From the IMG/VR virus record IMGVR_UViG_3300045988_087472, positions 1 to 31,536 of that record: a stretch of 31,536 nucleotides of DNA. One strand, written 5' to 3'. This DNA is from a virus (Duplodnaviria > Heunggongvirae > Uroviricota > Caudoviricetes). A model generated the notes under the pieces. The model saw only the letters and a list, made by a program, of their open reading frames with translations, was not told where the DNA came from and made no database searches. This document shows, piece by piece, positions 7,713 to 16,755 of the stretch (position 1 is its first letter; each line of letters starts with the position of its first letter). The translations under genes were made by a program, and so were the position numbers.

Positions 7713-8708
7713 GTGACCGTGAGAGCACTACTGACCCCTGAAATTGCCCCGCGTATGGGGATCGTATTGTTCAGACCAGGTTCAGAGCTGATGCCCCTGT
7801 TTATGCAGGGGCGTGTCCTGCTGGAGCCTGAGCCGGAACGTTATTCATCTTTCGCCAGTGGTGCCGTTCCGGCGGCATCACAACCGCTGGCGGATGATCC
7901 TGCCGTTCAGGCCGTGTTCCGCAATGAGGCAGTGATCCGTCGTGCTGGTGGCGTGGAATGTCTTGAAAGCTGGTTACTTCGTGAAAAAGGCTGCCAGTGG
8001 CCTCATTCCGACTGGCACAGCGAGAACATGACCACAATGCGACACGCTCCGGGCGCAATCCGTCTGTGCTGGCACTGCGATAACCAGCTGCGCGATCAGT
8101 TCACGGAACGGCTGGAATCAATGGCAACGGATAACTGTGCCCGCTGGGTGTTGTCTGTTGTGCGTCGGGATCTCGGTTTTGATGACAGTCACGTTGTGAC
8201 AATGCCGGAACTGTGCTGGTGGCTGATTCGTAATGACCTGGCGGATGCCTTACCGGAAAGTGCAGCCCGTAAGGCACTTAGATTACCGAAGCCTGTTGTG
8301 CCGTCTGTCACCCGGGAAAGTGACCTTGTGCCTTCGGTTCCTGCCACCAGCATCATCCAGGATAAGGCGAAAAAGGTGCTGGCGCTGAAAGTGGATCCGG
8401 AGTCGCCGGAGTCTTTTATGTTACGCCCAAAACGTCGCCGCTGGGTTAATGAAAAGTACACGCGCTGGGTTAAGACACAGCCGTGTGCATGTTGTGGAAA
8501 GCCTGCTGATGATCCCCACCACTTGATAGGCCACGGTCAGGGGGGAATGGGTACAAAAGCGCATGACCTCTTTGTGTTGCCTTTGTGCAGAAAGCATCAC
8601 GACGAGCTGCATGCGGATACCGTGGCATTTGAAGAGAAGTATGGCTCCCAGCTGGAGCTGATATTTCGTTTTATCGATCGTGCGCTGGCAATAGGCGTAC
8701 TGGCGTAA
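7713..8708 (+). CDS. DUF968 domain protein with C-terminal HNH-like Cys/His motif (331 aa)
   Basis: C-terminal CACCGKP...HHLIGHG...LPLCRKHHDELH; sits upstream of the Q-like gene as in Qin-type prophages; GTG start uncertain. Confidence 0.65.
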   Translation: MTVRALLTPEIAPRMGIVLFRPGSELMPLFMQGRVLLEPEPERYSSFASGAVPAASQPLADDPAVQAVFRNEAVIRRAGGVECLESWLLREKGCQWPHSDWHSENMTTMRHAPGAIRLCWHCDNQLRDQFTERLESMATDNCARWVLSVVRRDLGFDDSHVVTMPELCWWLIRNDLADALPESAARKALRLPKPVVPSVTRESDLVPSVPATSIIQDKAKKVLALKVDPESPESFMLRPKRRRWVNEKYTRWVKTQPCACCGKPADDPHHLIGHGQGGMGTKAHDLFVLPLCRKHHDELHADTVAFEEKYGSQLELIFRFIDRALAIGVLA

Positions 8709-8715
8709 GTGGAGA

Positions 8716-9474
8716 ATGAGCATGAACCTTGAAGCCTTACCAAAATATTACTCCCCAAAATCTCCAAAATTGAGCGATGACGCACCGGCGACAGGCTCTG
8801 GTGGTTTAACGATTACGGATGTGATGGCTGCGCAGGGGATGGTGCAGTCGAAAGCACCACTGGGTTTTGCCTTATTCCTGGCAAAAGTTGGTGTTCAGGA
8901 TCCTCAGTTTGCGATTGAAGGTCTGCTCAATTACGCGATGGCACTGGATAACCCGACATTGAATAAATTGAGTGAAGAAACCCGGTTACAGATCATCCCT
9001 TACCTTGTGAATTTTGCCTTTGCTGATTATTCCAGGTCTGCGGCAAGTAAGGCTCGCTGTGAGCATTGTGCTGGTACTGGATTTCATAATGTATTGCGCG
9101 AAGTGGTGAAACACTCCAGAAGCGGTGAATCTGTTATCAAGGAGGAGTGGGTGAAGGAACTATGTCAGCATTGTCATGGTAAGGGAGAAGTCAGCACAGC
9201 GTGCAGAGGGTGTAAGGGTAAAGGTATTGTCCTGGATGAAAAAAGGACCCGGCTTCATGGCACGCCTGTTTATAAGATTTGTGGGCGTTGCAATGGAAAC
9301 CGGTTTAGCCGTTTACCAACCACACTGGCGCGGCATCATGTCCAGAAGCTGGTACCAGACCTGACGGATTATCAGTGGTACAAAGGATATGCAGATGTCA
9401 TTGATAAACTGGTTACAAAGTGCTGGCAGGAAGAAGCATATGCAGAGACACAATTGAGAAAGGTGACAAGATAA
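8716..9474 (+). CDS. Late-gene antiterminator Q-like protein with four CxxCxGxG zinc-finger repeats (252 aa)
   Basis: Position immediately upstream of a promoter/terminator pair and the lysis cassette; Cys-rich repeats CEHCAGTG, CQHCHGKG, CRGCKGKG, CGRCNGN. Confidence 0.6.
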   Translation: MSMNLEALPKYYSPKSPKLSDDAPATGSGGLTITDVMAAQGMVQSKAPLGFALFLAKVGVQDPQFAIEGLLNYAMALDNPTLNKLSEETRLQIIPYLVNFAFADYSRSAASKARCEHCAGTGFHNVLREVVKHSRSGESVIKEEWVKELCQHCHGKGEVSTACRGCKGKGIVLDEKRTRLHGTPVYKICGRCNGNRFSRLPTTLARHHVQKLVPDLTDYQWYKGYADVIDKLVTKCWQEEAYAETQLRKVTR

Positions 9475-9505
9475 ATGATTTTCGACGAAGATGGCGACAT
9501 GATAC

Positions 9506-9534
9506 TTGCATTTTTCAAAAAATCTGGTTAGGAT
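9506..9534 (+). promoter_or_regulatory. Candidate late promoter (PR'-like): -35 TTGCAT, 17-bp spacer, -10 TAGGAT
   Basis: Hexamers read from sequence; the -10 is weak; placement downstream of the Q-like gene. Confidence 0.3.
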
Positions 9535-9584
9535 TCTCCTAACGATGGGCTTTATATGTCTGCCGTTAACGAAATCATAACAAA

Positions 9585-9610
9585 CCTCGCTTCGGCGGGG
9601 TTTTTGCTTT
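9585..9610 (+). terminator. Intrinsic terminator (tR'-like): CCUCGC-UUCG-GCGGGG hairpin followed by UUUUUGCUUUU
   Basis: 6-bp GC-rich stem with UUCG tetraloop and U-tract read directly; lies between the candidate late promoter and the first late ORF. Confidence 0.55.
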
Positions 9611-9624
9611 TCTGGAGGTCAATA

Positions 9625-9882
9625 ATGCAGGGCGAAAAGCAGCAGCCATATTTTTTTAACCCTGGTATGACTGTTGAACAGCTTGAAGACTGGCTGGAGC
9701 AGCAAAAGCTTCATCTAAGCCGCTATAACCGTCTGGTAAAAGAAAAAGCAGAGCTTGAAGAACGGCTCAGTGATATTTCTGTGGAAATTGAACGAATGTC
9801 TGCTGGTGGTTTTAACGGAAAGTTGAGTTTCCCCTGGGAGTCAAGTTCGCTTCTGAGAAATCATCAACAGGGTAGTGTTTGA
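9625..9882 (+). CDS. Hypothetical protein (85 aa, predicted coiled coil), first ORF of the late operon
   Basis: Track ORF 9556..9882 trimmed to the ATG at 9625 with SD GGAGG; the upstream extension covers the terminator hairpin. Confidence 0.45.
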   Translation: MQGEKQQPYFFNPGMTVEQLEDWLEQQKLHLSRYNRLVKEKAELEERLSDISVEIERMSAGGFNGKLSFPWESSSLLRNHQQGSV

Positions 9883-9961
9883 CTGAAATAATAAACAGAC
9901 TGTCATTAAGATCCCTTCCCCTCATATCTGAGAGGACCAACAGCAATTAAGAGGGGGCTAA

Positions 9962-10348
9962 ATGTCCGATCCGATTTCCGGTACTGGGCTGGCTGGTGGT
10001 GCCCTGACGGGTGCCAGTGTTTATGGACTGCTGACCGGAACTGATTACGGCGTTGTATTTGGCGCATTTGCAGGGGCTGTATTCTACATAGCAACAGCAG
10101 CAGATCTGAGTGCATCGCGCCGACTGGCATATTTTATCGTGTCATATATTGCCGGGATTCTTTGCTCTGGGTTGGTTGGCTCCAAGCTGGCGAACTTGAC
10201 CGGATACAGTGATAAACCTCTGGATGCTATTGGTGCCGTAATCGTCTCTGCTTTAGCCGTTAAAATCCTGACGTTCCTGAATAATCAGGATATCGGCTCG
10301 CTGGTGGCGCTCATAACGCGCCGGGGAGGTTCAGGTGGAGCTAAATGA
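9962..10348 (+). CDS. Putative holin (multi-TM membrane protein, 128 aa)
   Basis: Several hydrophobic Gly/Ala-rich segments; position just upstream of the endolysin; SD AGAGGGGG. Confidence 0.55.
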   Translation: MSDPISGTGLAGGALTGASVYGLLTGTDYGVVFGAFAGAVFYIATAADLSASRRLAYFIVSYIAGILCSGLVGSKLANLTGYSDKPLDAIGAVIVSALAVKILTFLNNQDIGSLVALITRRGGSGGAK

Positions 10349-10616
10349 CCCGACAGCAACTATAAATGCGCTGTTATGTGCTTGTGTTGTTATTACTCTG
10401 ATGTTTTATCGTCGTGGTGATTCGCGGCATCGTCCTTGGGTTTCACGTTTAGCCTGGCTGATTACTGTTACATACAGTGCTGTTCCGTTGGCCTATCTCT
10501 GTGGGATTTATCCCCATTCCTCATGGCCCATTATCGTGGCGAACACTATTTTTCTTTCCGTGCTGGTGGCCGTCAGAGGCAACGTTGCACGTCTGGTTGA
10601 TCATCTGAGGCACTAA
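10335..10616 (+). CDS. Putative holin/antiholin-like membrane protein (3 predicted TM segments, 93 aa)
   Basis: Hydrophobic segments; overlaps neighbouring genes in the lysis cassette. Confidence 0.5.
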   Translation: MELNDPTATINALLCACVVITLMFYRRGDSRHRPWVSRLAWLITVTYSAVPLAYLCGIYPHSSWPIIVANTIFLSVLVAVRGNVARLVDHLRH

Positions 10617-11230
10617 TGAACCAACAATTATTTCAAAAGGCGGCTGGTATTAGCGCCGGGCTGGCTGCGCGCTGGTTTCCGCACATTGATGCTGCAATGA
10701 AAGAGTTTGGAATCACAGCAGTTAACGATCAGGCCATGTTCATTGCACAAGTTGGGCATGAATCTGCTGGTTTTACCTCGCTGGTAGAGAATTTTAACTA
10801 CTCGGTTGAAGGGCTGAAGAAAACCTTTGGTAAGCGCCTGACGCCGTATCAGTGCGAAATGCTGGGGCGTGTCGATGGTAAACAGGTCGCTCACCAGCCA
10901 CAAATAGCCAATCTGGTTTATGGTGACCGCATGGGGAATAACAGTCAGGGTGATGGCTGGAAATATCGCGGTCGTGGCCTGCTGCAAATCACTGGTCGTG
11001 AGAACTACACCAAATGCGGTACAGCGCTGAACCTTGATCTGATCAGTACGCCAGAACTTTTGACGCAAGAGCGACATGCGGCCCGTTCGGCGGCATGGTA
11101 CTTCACGTTACGTGGTTGCCTTCTATATTCGGGGGATGTTGAGCGCGTCACGCAGATTATTAACGGCGGGCAGAACGGCATTAAAGACCGCCGTGAACGT
11201 TACGCCAAAGCAAAAACCGCACTGGTATGA
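10616..11230 (+). CDS. Endolysin, glycoside hydrolase family 19 (chitinase-like lysozyme), 204 aa
   Basis: GH19 signature FIAQVGHESAGF...YRGRGLLQITGRENY; ATG overlaps upstream stop. Confidence 0.85.
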   Translation: MNQQLFQKAAGISAGLAARWFPHIDAAMKEFGITAVNDQAMFIAQVGHESAGFTSLVENFNYSVEGLKKTFGKRLTPYQCEMLGRVDGKQVAHQPQIANLVYGDRMGNNSQGDGWKYRGRGLLQITGRENYTKCGTALNLDLISTPELLTQERHAARSAAWYFTLRGCLLYSGDVERVTQIINGGQNGIKDRRERYAKAKTALV

Positions 11231-11237
11231 GGTCGCA

Positions 11238-11507
11238 ATGGGACTTGAAATGATTATCGGCCTGGCTGTTGCTGTGCTGGCTGCAATTGCAGGTGCTTTT
11301 GGTCTGGGTAAATCACGCGGTACAAGCATCGCAGAAACACAAGCGAACCAGCAACGCACTGAAGAACGCGCAGCAGCTACTGAAGCCGTTGCAGAACGCC
11401 GGGTAGAAACAACAAAAGGAGCCAGGGATGTACAGCAGACTGTTAACCATCTTCCTGATGACGATGTTGACCGTGAGTTGCGCGAAAAATTTACCCGCAA
11501 AACCTGA
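11238..11507 (+). CDS. i-spanin (Rz-like; N-terminal TM, charged periplasmic region; 89 aa)
   Basis: Track ORF 11076..11507 trimmed to the ATG at 11238 just after the endolysin stop; N-terminal hydrophobic helix MGLEMIIGLAVAVLAAIAGAF. Confidence 0.6.
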   Translation: MGLEMIIGLAVAVLAAIAGAFGLGKSRGTSIAETQANQQRTEERAAATEAVAERRVETTKGARDVQQTVNHLPDDDVDRELREKFTRKT

Positions 11508-11670
11508 AGTAACGGACACGGCCTGTGACTGGGTAAGCATCATCTACCTTACTGAGCACGATATTGCCGTGCTGGATAAACAGACGAAGCGGGACATATT
11601 GGCGCACAACAAATCAGTGCAGGCTAACTGCATGAAGGATCCAGGTCGTGAACGTAGAGAACCTAAGTAA
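11428..11670 (+). CDS. o-spanin (Rz1-like outer-membrane lipoprotein, 80 aa), overlapping the i-spanin 3' end in another frame
   Basis: Signal peptide with Cys (LLTIFLMTMLTVSC; lipobox is non-canonical at -3); strong SD AAGGAG; overlap architecture typical of spanin pairs. Confidence 0.55.
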   Translation: MYSRLLTIFLMTMLTVSCAKNLPAKPEVTDTACDWVSIIYLTEHDIAVLDKQTKRDILAHNKSVQANCMKDPGRERREPK

Positions 11671-11692
11671 CGCGCATTACATCTATAACGAG

Positions 11693-11878
11693 ATGAAAGA
11701 GCTACAGCGACAGAAAACCATACTGGAAAGTGGTGCTGGGCTTGGTGTGACAATCCAGTCTACCTATCAAGACGATGCCTTTCTTGAGGCCATACGCCCG
11801 CATGCTGTTGCTGAGCTTGATCACCGCATAGAGAAAAAGAAAGCTGTGCTGGTTGATTTGGGTATCTCCTTCTCCTAA
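11693..11878 (+). CDS. Small hypothetical protein (about 61 aa from the ATG; track ORF 11648..11878 with GTG start)
   Basis: Open frame only; weak ribosome-binding site; no recognised domain. Confidence 0.3.
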   Translation: MKELQRQKTILESGAGLGVTIQSTYQDDAFLEAIRPHAVAELDHRIEKKKAVLVDLGISFS

Positions 11879-11952
11879 TGAATTAGGAGCTACAGCAGGT
11901 TTTAATTATGTGCTTATGATATTCTTCCCTAGTTAATTAACTGGGGGAGTAA

Positions 11953-12516
11953 ATGCAAATGCTTGAATTTGTTGAGTCAGTAAGAAAATCTTTATTAGAT
12001 GAAAATTATGAGGCTGCATTGTTTATTGCCTTATCTCTTCCTGATATATGTGGGAAACTTGAAACTCCTGAAGAGCGGAACGGGCCAAGAGCAAAAAGAT
12101 GGTTTAAGGATAACCTTAAGGATAAATATTTTGCAGATAATCTTTATGAGACGTTTTTGGCTAACTTTCCCGAGCAATTAGATAAAATGCCTCAATACTT
12201 AATCGATGATTTAAAAACAAAAAAACCATTGGTAAGCTTTGACCATGAAAGCTACTGGGCTTTAAGAAATGCATTTTTGCATGAGGCATCTGATAGTACT
12301 AAGTTACAAAAAATTCAACTTACGCACTCTTCTGCGCACATGAATATGTTTAACGGTGTGCTTCAGTTAAGTGTTATTAATTTATCTAATGATATCTGCG
12401 ATGCGGTAGTTAAGTGGGTTGAGCGGATGAAGGATAATAATGATGTATGCCAGAGGATAAATTCGAGGGCAAAAATCAAAAATGAAATGTTGGGTGGCGC
12501 TATTCGATTTGGGTAG
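11953..12516 (+). CDS. AT-rich moron gene: hypothetical protein (187 aa) with a HEPN-like R-x4-H motif (R105...H110)
   Basis: Strong SD GGGGGAG; AT-rich compared with flanking late genes; followed by its own terminator; ALRNAFLHE motif read from the translation. Confidence 0.7.
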   Translation: MQMLEFVESVRKSLLDENYEAALFIALSLPDICGKLETPEERNGPRAKRWFKDNLKDKYFADNLYETFLANFPEQLDKMPQYLIDDLKTKKPLVSFDHESYWALRNAFLHEASDSTKLQKIQLTHSSAHMNMFNGVLQLSVINLSNDICDAVVKWVERMKDNNDVCQRINSRAKIKNEMLGGAIRFG

Positions 12517-12583
12517 TCTTACAAATTATCAAATCATTCCTACATGTTATCTCTAAATTTTAGAGTTACATAAGAATAAAAAA

Positions 12584-12608
12584 ACACCAGCTTTGGCTGG
12601 TGTTTTTG
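12584..12608. terminator. Intrinsic terminator (ACACCAGC-UUUG-GCUGGUGU followed by UUUU), A-tract upstream so possibly bidirectional
   Basis: Stem, loop and flanking A/T tracts read directly. Confidence 0.65.
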
Positions 12609-12618
12609 CGGAGCATGT

Positions 12619-12969
12619 ATGCCAACTTTAATACCCCGCGCATGTCGCAAACGTGGTTGTCCTGGCACGACTACGGACCGTTCAGGCTACTGTGAGCAGC
12701 ATCGCAATGAGGGCTGGCAGCAGCATCAGCAGGGTAAGAGTCGCCATGAGCGTGGCTACGGCAGCAAGTGGGATATCAAACGCGCCCGCATCCTGAAGCG
12801 TGATAATCATCTGTGTCAGAACTGCCTGCGTACTGGACGTGCTGTCGCAGCCACAACCGTTGACCACATCAAGGCGAAGGCCCACGGCGGTACTGATGAA
12901 GACAGCAACCTTGAGAGCCTGTGCTGGTCGTGTCACGCAGCGAAGACCGCGCGCGAGCGGCTCAAGTGA
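12619..12969 (+). CDS. HNH endonuclease (terminase-associated type, 116 aa)
   Basis: HNH motif HLCQNCL...VDHIKAKAHGGTDEDSNLESLCWSCH; immediately upstream of the terminase genes. Confidence 0.85.
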   Translation: MPTLIPRACRKRGCPGTTTDRSGYCEQHRNEGWQQHQQGKSRHERGYGSKWDIKRARILKRDNHLCQNCLRTGRAVAATTVDHIKAKAHGGTDEDSNLESLCWSCHAAKTARERLK

Positions 12970-13095
12970 GAATTAATGTCATCATCAGCCTGGGGAGGGG
13001 GAGGTCAAATCTCTGCGACCGCGCGCCTTCCGGACCGCCCGCCCCATCGTTTTTTTATACCCGCGAAAAATGAAATTTAACCAGGAGTGCCGCAT

Positions 13096-13590
13096 ATGGC
13101 TGGAACGGCGGGGCGTTCCGGGCGTCGCCCCAAGCCAACGGCGCGCAAGGCGCTGGCCGGAAATCCCGGCAAGCGAGCCCTGAACAAAGATGAACCTGTT
13201 TTTACGCCCATCAAAGGTGTTGAGCCACCGGAGTGGTTCGCTGAAGAAGATCTCCCTCTCGCCACGATCATGTGGCAACTGACAACCAAAGAACTCTGCG
13301 GTCAGGGCCTGCTGTGCGTGACTGACCTCGCGGTGCTTGAGCGGTGGTGCGTGGCCTACGAGTTCTGGCGACGTGCCGTGAAAAATATTGCCAGACAGGG
13401 CAACACCATCACCGGTGCAATGGGCGGTATGGTCAAAAATCCTGAGCTGACCGCCAAAAAAGAACAGGAGTCCGAGATGAGCAGTACGGGGGCAATGCTC
13501 GGACTCGACCCCAGCAGCCGCCAGCGTCTGATTGGCCTGGCGGGGCAGAAGAAAGCCACTAACCCGTTTCTGAAAATTATCGAATCATGA
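13096..13590 (+). CDS. Terminase small subunit (164 aa from the ATG)
   Basis: Position upstream of the large terminase; basic N-terminus; ATG at 13096 sits 8 nt after SD AGGAG, whereas the track GTG start at 13087 abuts the SD. Confidence 0.75.
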   Translation: MAGTAGRSGRRPKPTARKALAGNPGKRALNKDEPVFTPIKGVEPPEWFAEEDLPLATIMWQLTTKELCGQGLLCVTDLAVLERWCVAYEFWRRAVKNIARQGNTITGAMGGMVKNPELTAKKEQESEMSSTGAMLGLDPSSRQRLIGLAGQKKATNPFLKIIES

Positions 13591-15320
13591 GCCGGAAATC
13601 TTACCCCAACGTAAATGCTGCCAATCAGTATGCCCGGGATGTCGTGCGCGGAAAGATTGTGGCCTGCCAGTTTGTGATTCAGGCCTGCCAGCGCCATCTT
13701 GATGACCTGATGGCGGAAAAAAGTAAGTCGTTTCGTTACCGCTTCGACAAGGATCTGGCTGAACGGGCCGCCAAATTTATTCAGCTGTTGCCGCACACCA
13801 AGGGTGAGTGGGCATTTAAACGGATGCCCATCACGCTGGAGCCGTGGCAGCTCTTTGTGATCTGCTGCGCGTTTGGCTGGGTCAATAAAGGCTCCCGGCT
13901 GCGCCGCTTCCGGGAGGTGTATACCGAAATCCCCCGTAAGAACGGCAAATCGGCAATCTCTGCCGGTGTTGCCCTGTATTGTTTTGCCTGTGATAACGAG
14001 TTTGGCGCGGAAGTGTATTCCGGTGCCACGACAGAGAAACAGGCGTGGGAAGTCTTTCGCCCGGCGCGACTGATGTGTAAACGCACACCCATGCTGACGG
14101 AAGCGTTCGGGATTGAGGTTAACGCCTCAAACATGAACCGTCCGGAGGATGGGGCGCGGTTTGAACCGCTGATTGGTAACCCCGGTGATGGTTCATCACC
14201 CCACTGTGCGGTGGTGGATGAATATCACGAGCACGCCACAGATGCGCTTTACACCACGATGCTTACCGGGATGGGGGCGCGACGTCAGCCACTGATGTGG
14301 GCCATTACCACCGCCGGGTACAACATTGAGGGGCCGTGCTACGACAAACGGCGGGAAGTCATCGAGATGCTCAACGGCTCGGTGCCCAACGATGAACTGT
14401 TCGGGATCATCTATACCGTTGACGAAGGCGACGACTGGACCGACCCGCAGGTACTTGAAAAAGCTAACCCGAATATCGGTGTGTCGGTTTATCGCGAGTT
14501 TTTGTTAAGCCAGCAGCAACGTGCGAAAAATAACGCCCGTCTGGCAAACGTCTTTAAAACAAAACACCTCAATATCTGGGTGTCGGCGCGTTCGGCGTAT
14601 TTCAACCTGGTGAGCTGGCAGAGCTGCGAGGATAAATCACTGACTCTTGAGCAGTTCGAGGGGCAGCCGTGCATTCTGGCCTTTGACCTGGCGCGTAAGC
14701 TGGATATGAACAGCATGGCGCGACTTTATACCCGCGAGATTGACGGTAAAACGCATTACTACAGTGTGGCCCCGCGTTTCTGGGTACCGTATGACACGGT
14801 GTACAGCGTCGAGAAAAATGAAGATCGCCGGACAGCCGAACGCTTTCAGAAATGGGTGGAAATGGGCGTCCTGACCGTTACCGATGGTGCAGAGGTGGAT
14901 TATCGCTACATCCTCGAAGAGGCCAAAGCGGCGAACAAAATCAGCCCGGTCAGCGAGTCACCCATCGACCCCTTCGGGGCGACCGGGCTGTCACATGACC
15001 TTGCTGATGAAGACCTGAACCCCATCACCATCATTCAGAACTACACCAACATGTCCGATCCGATGAAAGAGCTGGAAGCGGCAATTGAATCGGGGCGCTT
15101 TCATCATGATGGCAATCCCATCATGACCTGGTGTATCGGCAACGTGGTCGGCAAAACTATTCCGGGTAACGATGATGTGGTGAAGCCCGTCAAAGAGCAG
15201 GCGGAAAACAAAATTGACGGTGCAGTTGCGCTGATTATGGCGGTTGGCAGAGCCATGCTGTATGAGAAAGAAGACACGCTGTCTGACCACATTGAGTCCT
15301 ACGGGATCCGCTCGCTTTAA
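13587..15320 (+). CDS. Terminase large subunit (577 aa)
   Basis: ATPase and nuclease regions (for example VVDEYHEH); size and position; start overlaps the small-subunit stop. Confidence 0.9.
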   Translation: MSRKSYPNVNAANQYARDVVRGKIVACQFVIQACQRHLDDLMAEKSKSFRYRFDKDLAERAAKFIQLLPHTKGEWAFKRMPITLEPWQLFVICCAFGWVNKGSRLRRFREVYTEIPRKNGKSAISAGVALYCFACDNEFGAEVYSGATTEKQAWEVFRPARLMCKRTPMLTEAFGIEVNASNMNRPEDGARFEPLIGNPGDGSSPHCAVVDEYHEHATDALYTTMLTGMGARRQPLMWAITTAGYNIEGPCYDKRREVIEMLNGSVPNDELFGIIYTVDEGDDWTDPQVLEKANPNIGVSVYREFLLSQQQRAKNNARLANVFKTKHLNIWVSARSAYFNLVSWQSCEDKSLTLEQFEGQPCILAFDLARKLDMNSMARLYTREIDGKTHYYSVAPRFWVPYDTVYSVEKNEDRRTAERFQKWVEMGVLTVTDGAEVDYRYILEEAKAANKISPVSESPIDPFGATGLSHDLADEDLNPITIIQNYTNMSDPMKELEAAIESGRFHHDGNPIMTWCIGNVVGKTIPGNDDVVKPVKEQAENKIDGAVALIMAVGRAMLYEKEDTLSDHIESYGIRSL

Positions 15321-15331
15321 CTGAGGTAATT

Positions 15332-15514
15332 ATGATCATGCTGATTCTCGCGCCTCTGGTGGGCGTGCTGGGGGCGCTTTTGCTGGCGTATGGTGCCTGG
15401 CTGATTTATCCCCCGGCGGGGTTTGTTGTTGCCGGGGCGTTGTGTCTGTTCTGGTCGTGGCTGGTGGCGCGATATCTCGACCGTACACAGCTGTCTGTCG
15501 GCGGAGGTAAATAG
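15332..15514 (+). CDS. Small membrane protein (60 aa, two hydrophobic segments), hypothetical
   Basis: Track ORF with SD GAGG; lies between the large terminase and portal genes. Confidence 0.4.
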   Translation: MIMLILAPLVGVLGALLLAYGAWLIYPPAGFVVAGALCLFWSWLVARYLDRTQLSVGGGK

Positions 15515-16755
15515 TGTTCTTTTCGGGATTATTTCAACGAAAAAGTGACGCGCCGGTGACCACCCCAGCAGAGCTGGCGGATGCTATAGGGCTGTCATAT
15601 GACACCTATACCGGAAAGCAGATCAGCAGCCAGCGGGCCATGCGACTGACGGCGGTTTTTTCCTGCGTCAGGGTGCTGGCAGAGTCGGTCGGGATGTTGC
15701 CCTGCAATCTGTATCACCTGAACGGCAGCCTGAAACAGAGAGCCACCGGCGAACGTCTGCATAAGCTGATCTCCACGCATCCCAATAGCTATATGACGCC
15801 GCAGGAGTTCTGGGAGCTGGTGGTCACCTGTCTGTGCCTGCGGGGAAACTTTTACGCCTACAAAGTGAAAGCATTTGGCGAAGTGGCTGAACTGCTGCCC
15901 GTCGATCCTGGCTGTGTGGTACCGAAGCTTAACAGTAGCTGGGAGCCGGTCTATCAGGTCACATTCCCGGACGGCTCCACGGATGTGCTGACCCAGGAGG
16001 ATATCTGGCATGTGCGCACGCTGACGCTGGACGGTCTGGTGGGGCTGAATCCCATCGCCTATGCCCGCGAGGCAATATCGCTGGCAGCTGCGACCGAAGA
16101 GCACGGGGCCAGACTGTTCAGCAATGGTGCGGTGACGTCGGGTGTGTTGCGTACAGAGCAGACGCTGTCAGATCAGGCTTACGAGCGCCTGAAGAAAGAT
16201 TTTGAGGAGCGTCACACCGGGCTTGGTAATGCTCACCGCCCGATGATCCTTGAGATGGGGCTGGACTGGAAGTCGATGGCGCTGAACGCCGAGGACAGCC
16301 AGTTCCTGGAAACCCGCAAGTTTCAGCTTGAAGAAATTTGTCGTCTGTTCCGTGTGCCATTGCACATGGTGCAGAACACCGATCGCGCCACCTTCAACAA
16401 TATCGAAGAGCTGGGGCTCGGATTTATCAACTATTCACTGGTGCCGTATCTGACCCGCATTGAGCAGCGGATCAACACCGGACTGGTACGAAAAAGTAAG
16501 CAGGGTGTTTATTACGCCAAATTTAACGCCGGGGCGTTACTGCGCGGGGATATGAAGTCCCGTTTTGAAGCCTACGCCACCGGGATTAACTGGGGAATTT
16601 ACTCTCCCAATGACTGCCGCGACCTGGAAGATATGAATCCGCGTCCCGGTGGTGATGTCTATCTCACACCGATGAACATGACCACGAAACCCTCCGATGG
16701 CAGTAAAGCCGGTAAGCAGAAGGATAACGCCAATGCAGACGAAACAACGTCTTGA
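15514..16755 (+). CDS. Portal protein (HK97 family, 413 aa)
   Basis: Size, position after the terminase, conserved portal-like sequence; GTG start with SD GGAGG. Confidence 0.9.
   Translation: MFFSGLFQRKSDAPVTTPAELADAIGLSYDTYTGKQISSQRAMRLTAVFSCVRVLAESVGMLPCNLYHLNGSLKQRATGERLHKLISTHPNSYMTPQEFWELVVTCLCLRGNFYAYKVKAFGEVAELLPVDPGCVVPKLNSSWEPVYQVTFPDGSTDVLTQEDIWHVRTLTLDGLVGLNPIAYAREAISLAAATEEHGARLFSNGAVTSGVLRTEQTLSDQAYERLKKDFEERHTGLGNAHRPMILEMGLDWKSMALNAEDSQFLETRKFQLEEICRLFRVPLHMVQNTDRATFNNIEELGLGFINYSLVPYLTRIEQRINTGLVRKSKQGVYYAKFNAGALLRGDMKSRFEAYATGINWGIYSPNDCRDLEDMNPRPGGDVYLTPMNMTTKPSDGSKAGKQKDNANADETTS

Noticed and set aside
11076-11237. N-terminal extension of the i-spanin ORF (track ORF 11076..11507)
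   Set aside because: Overlaps the endolysin in another frame; the ATG at 11238 follows the endolysin stop and begins with the expected transmembrane segment.
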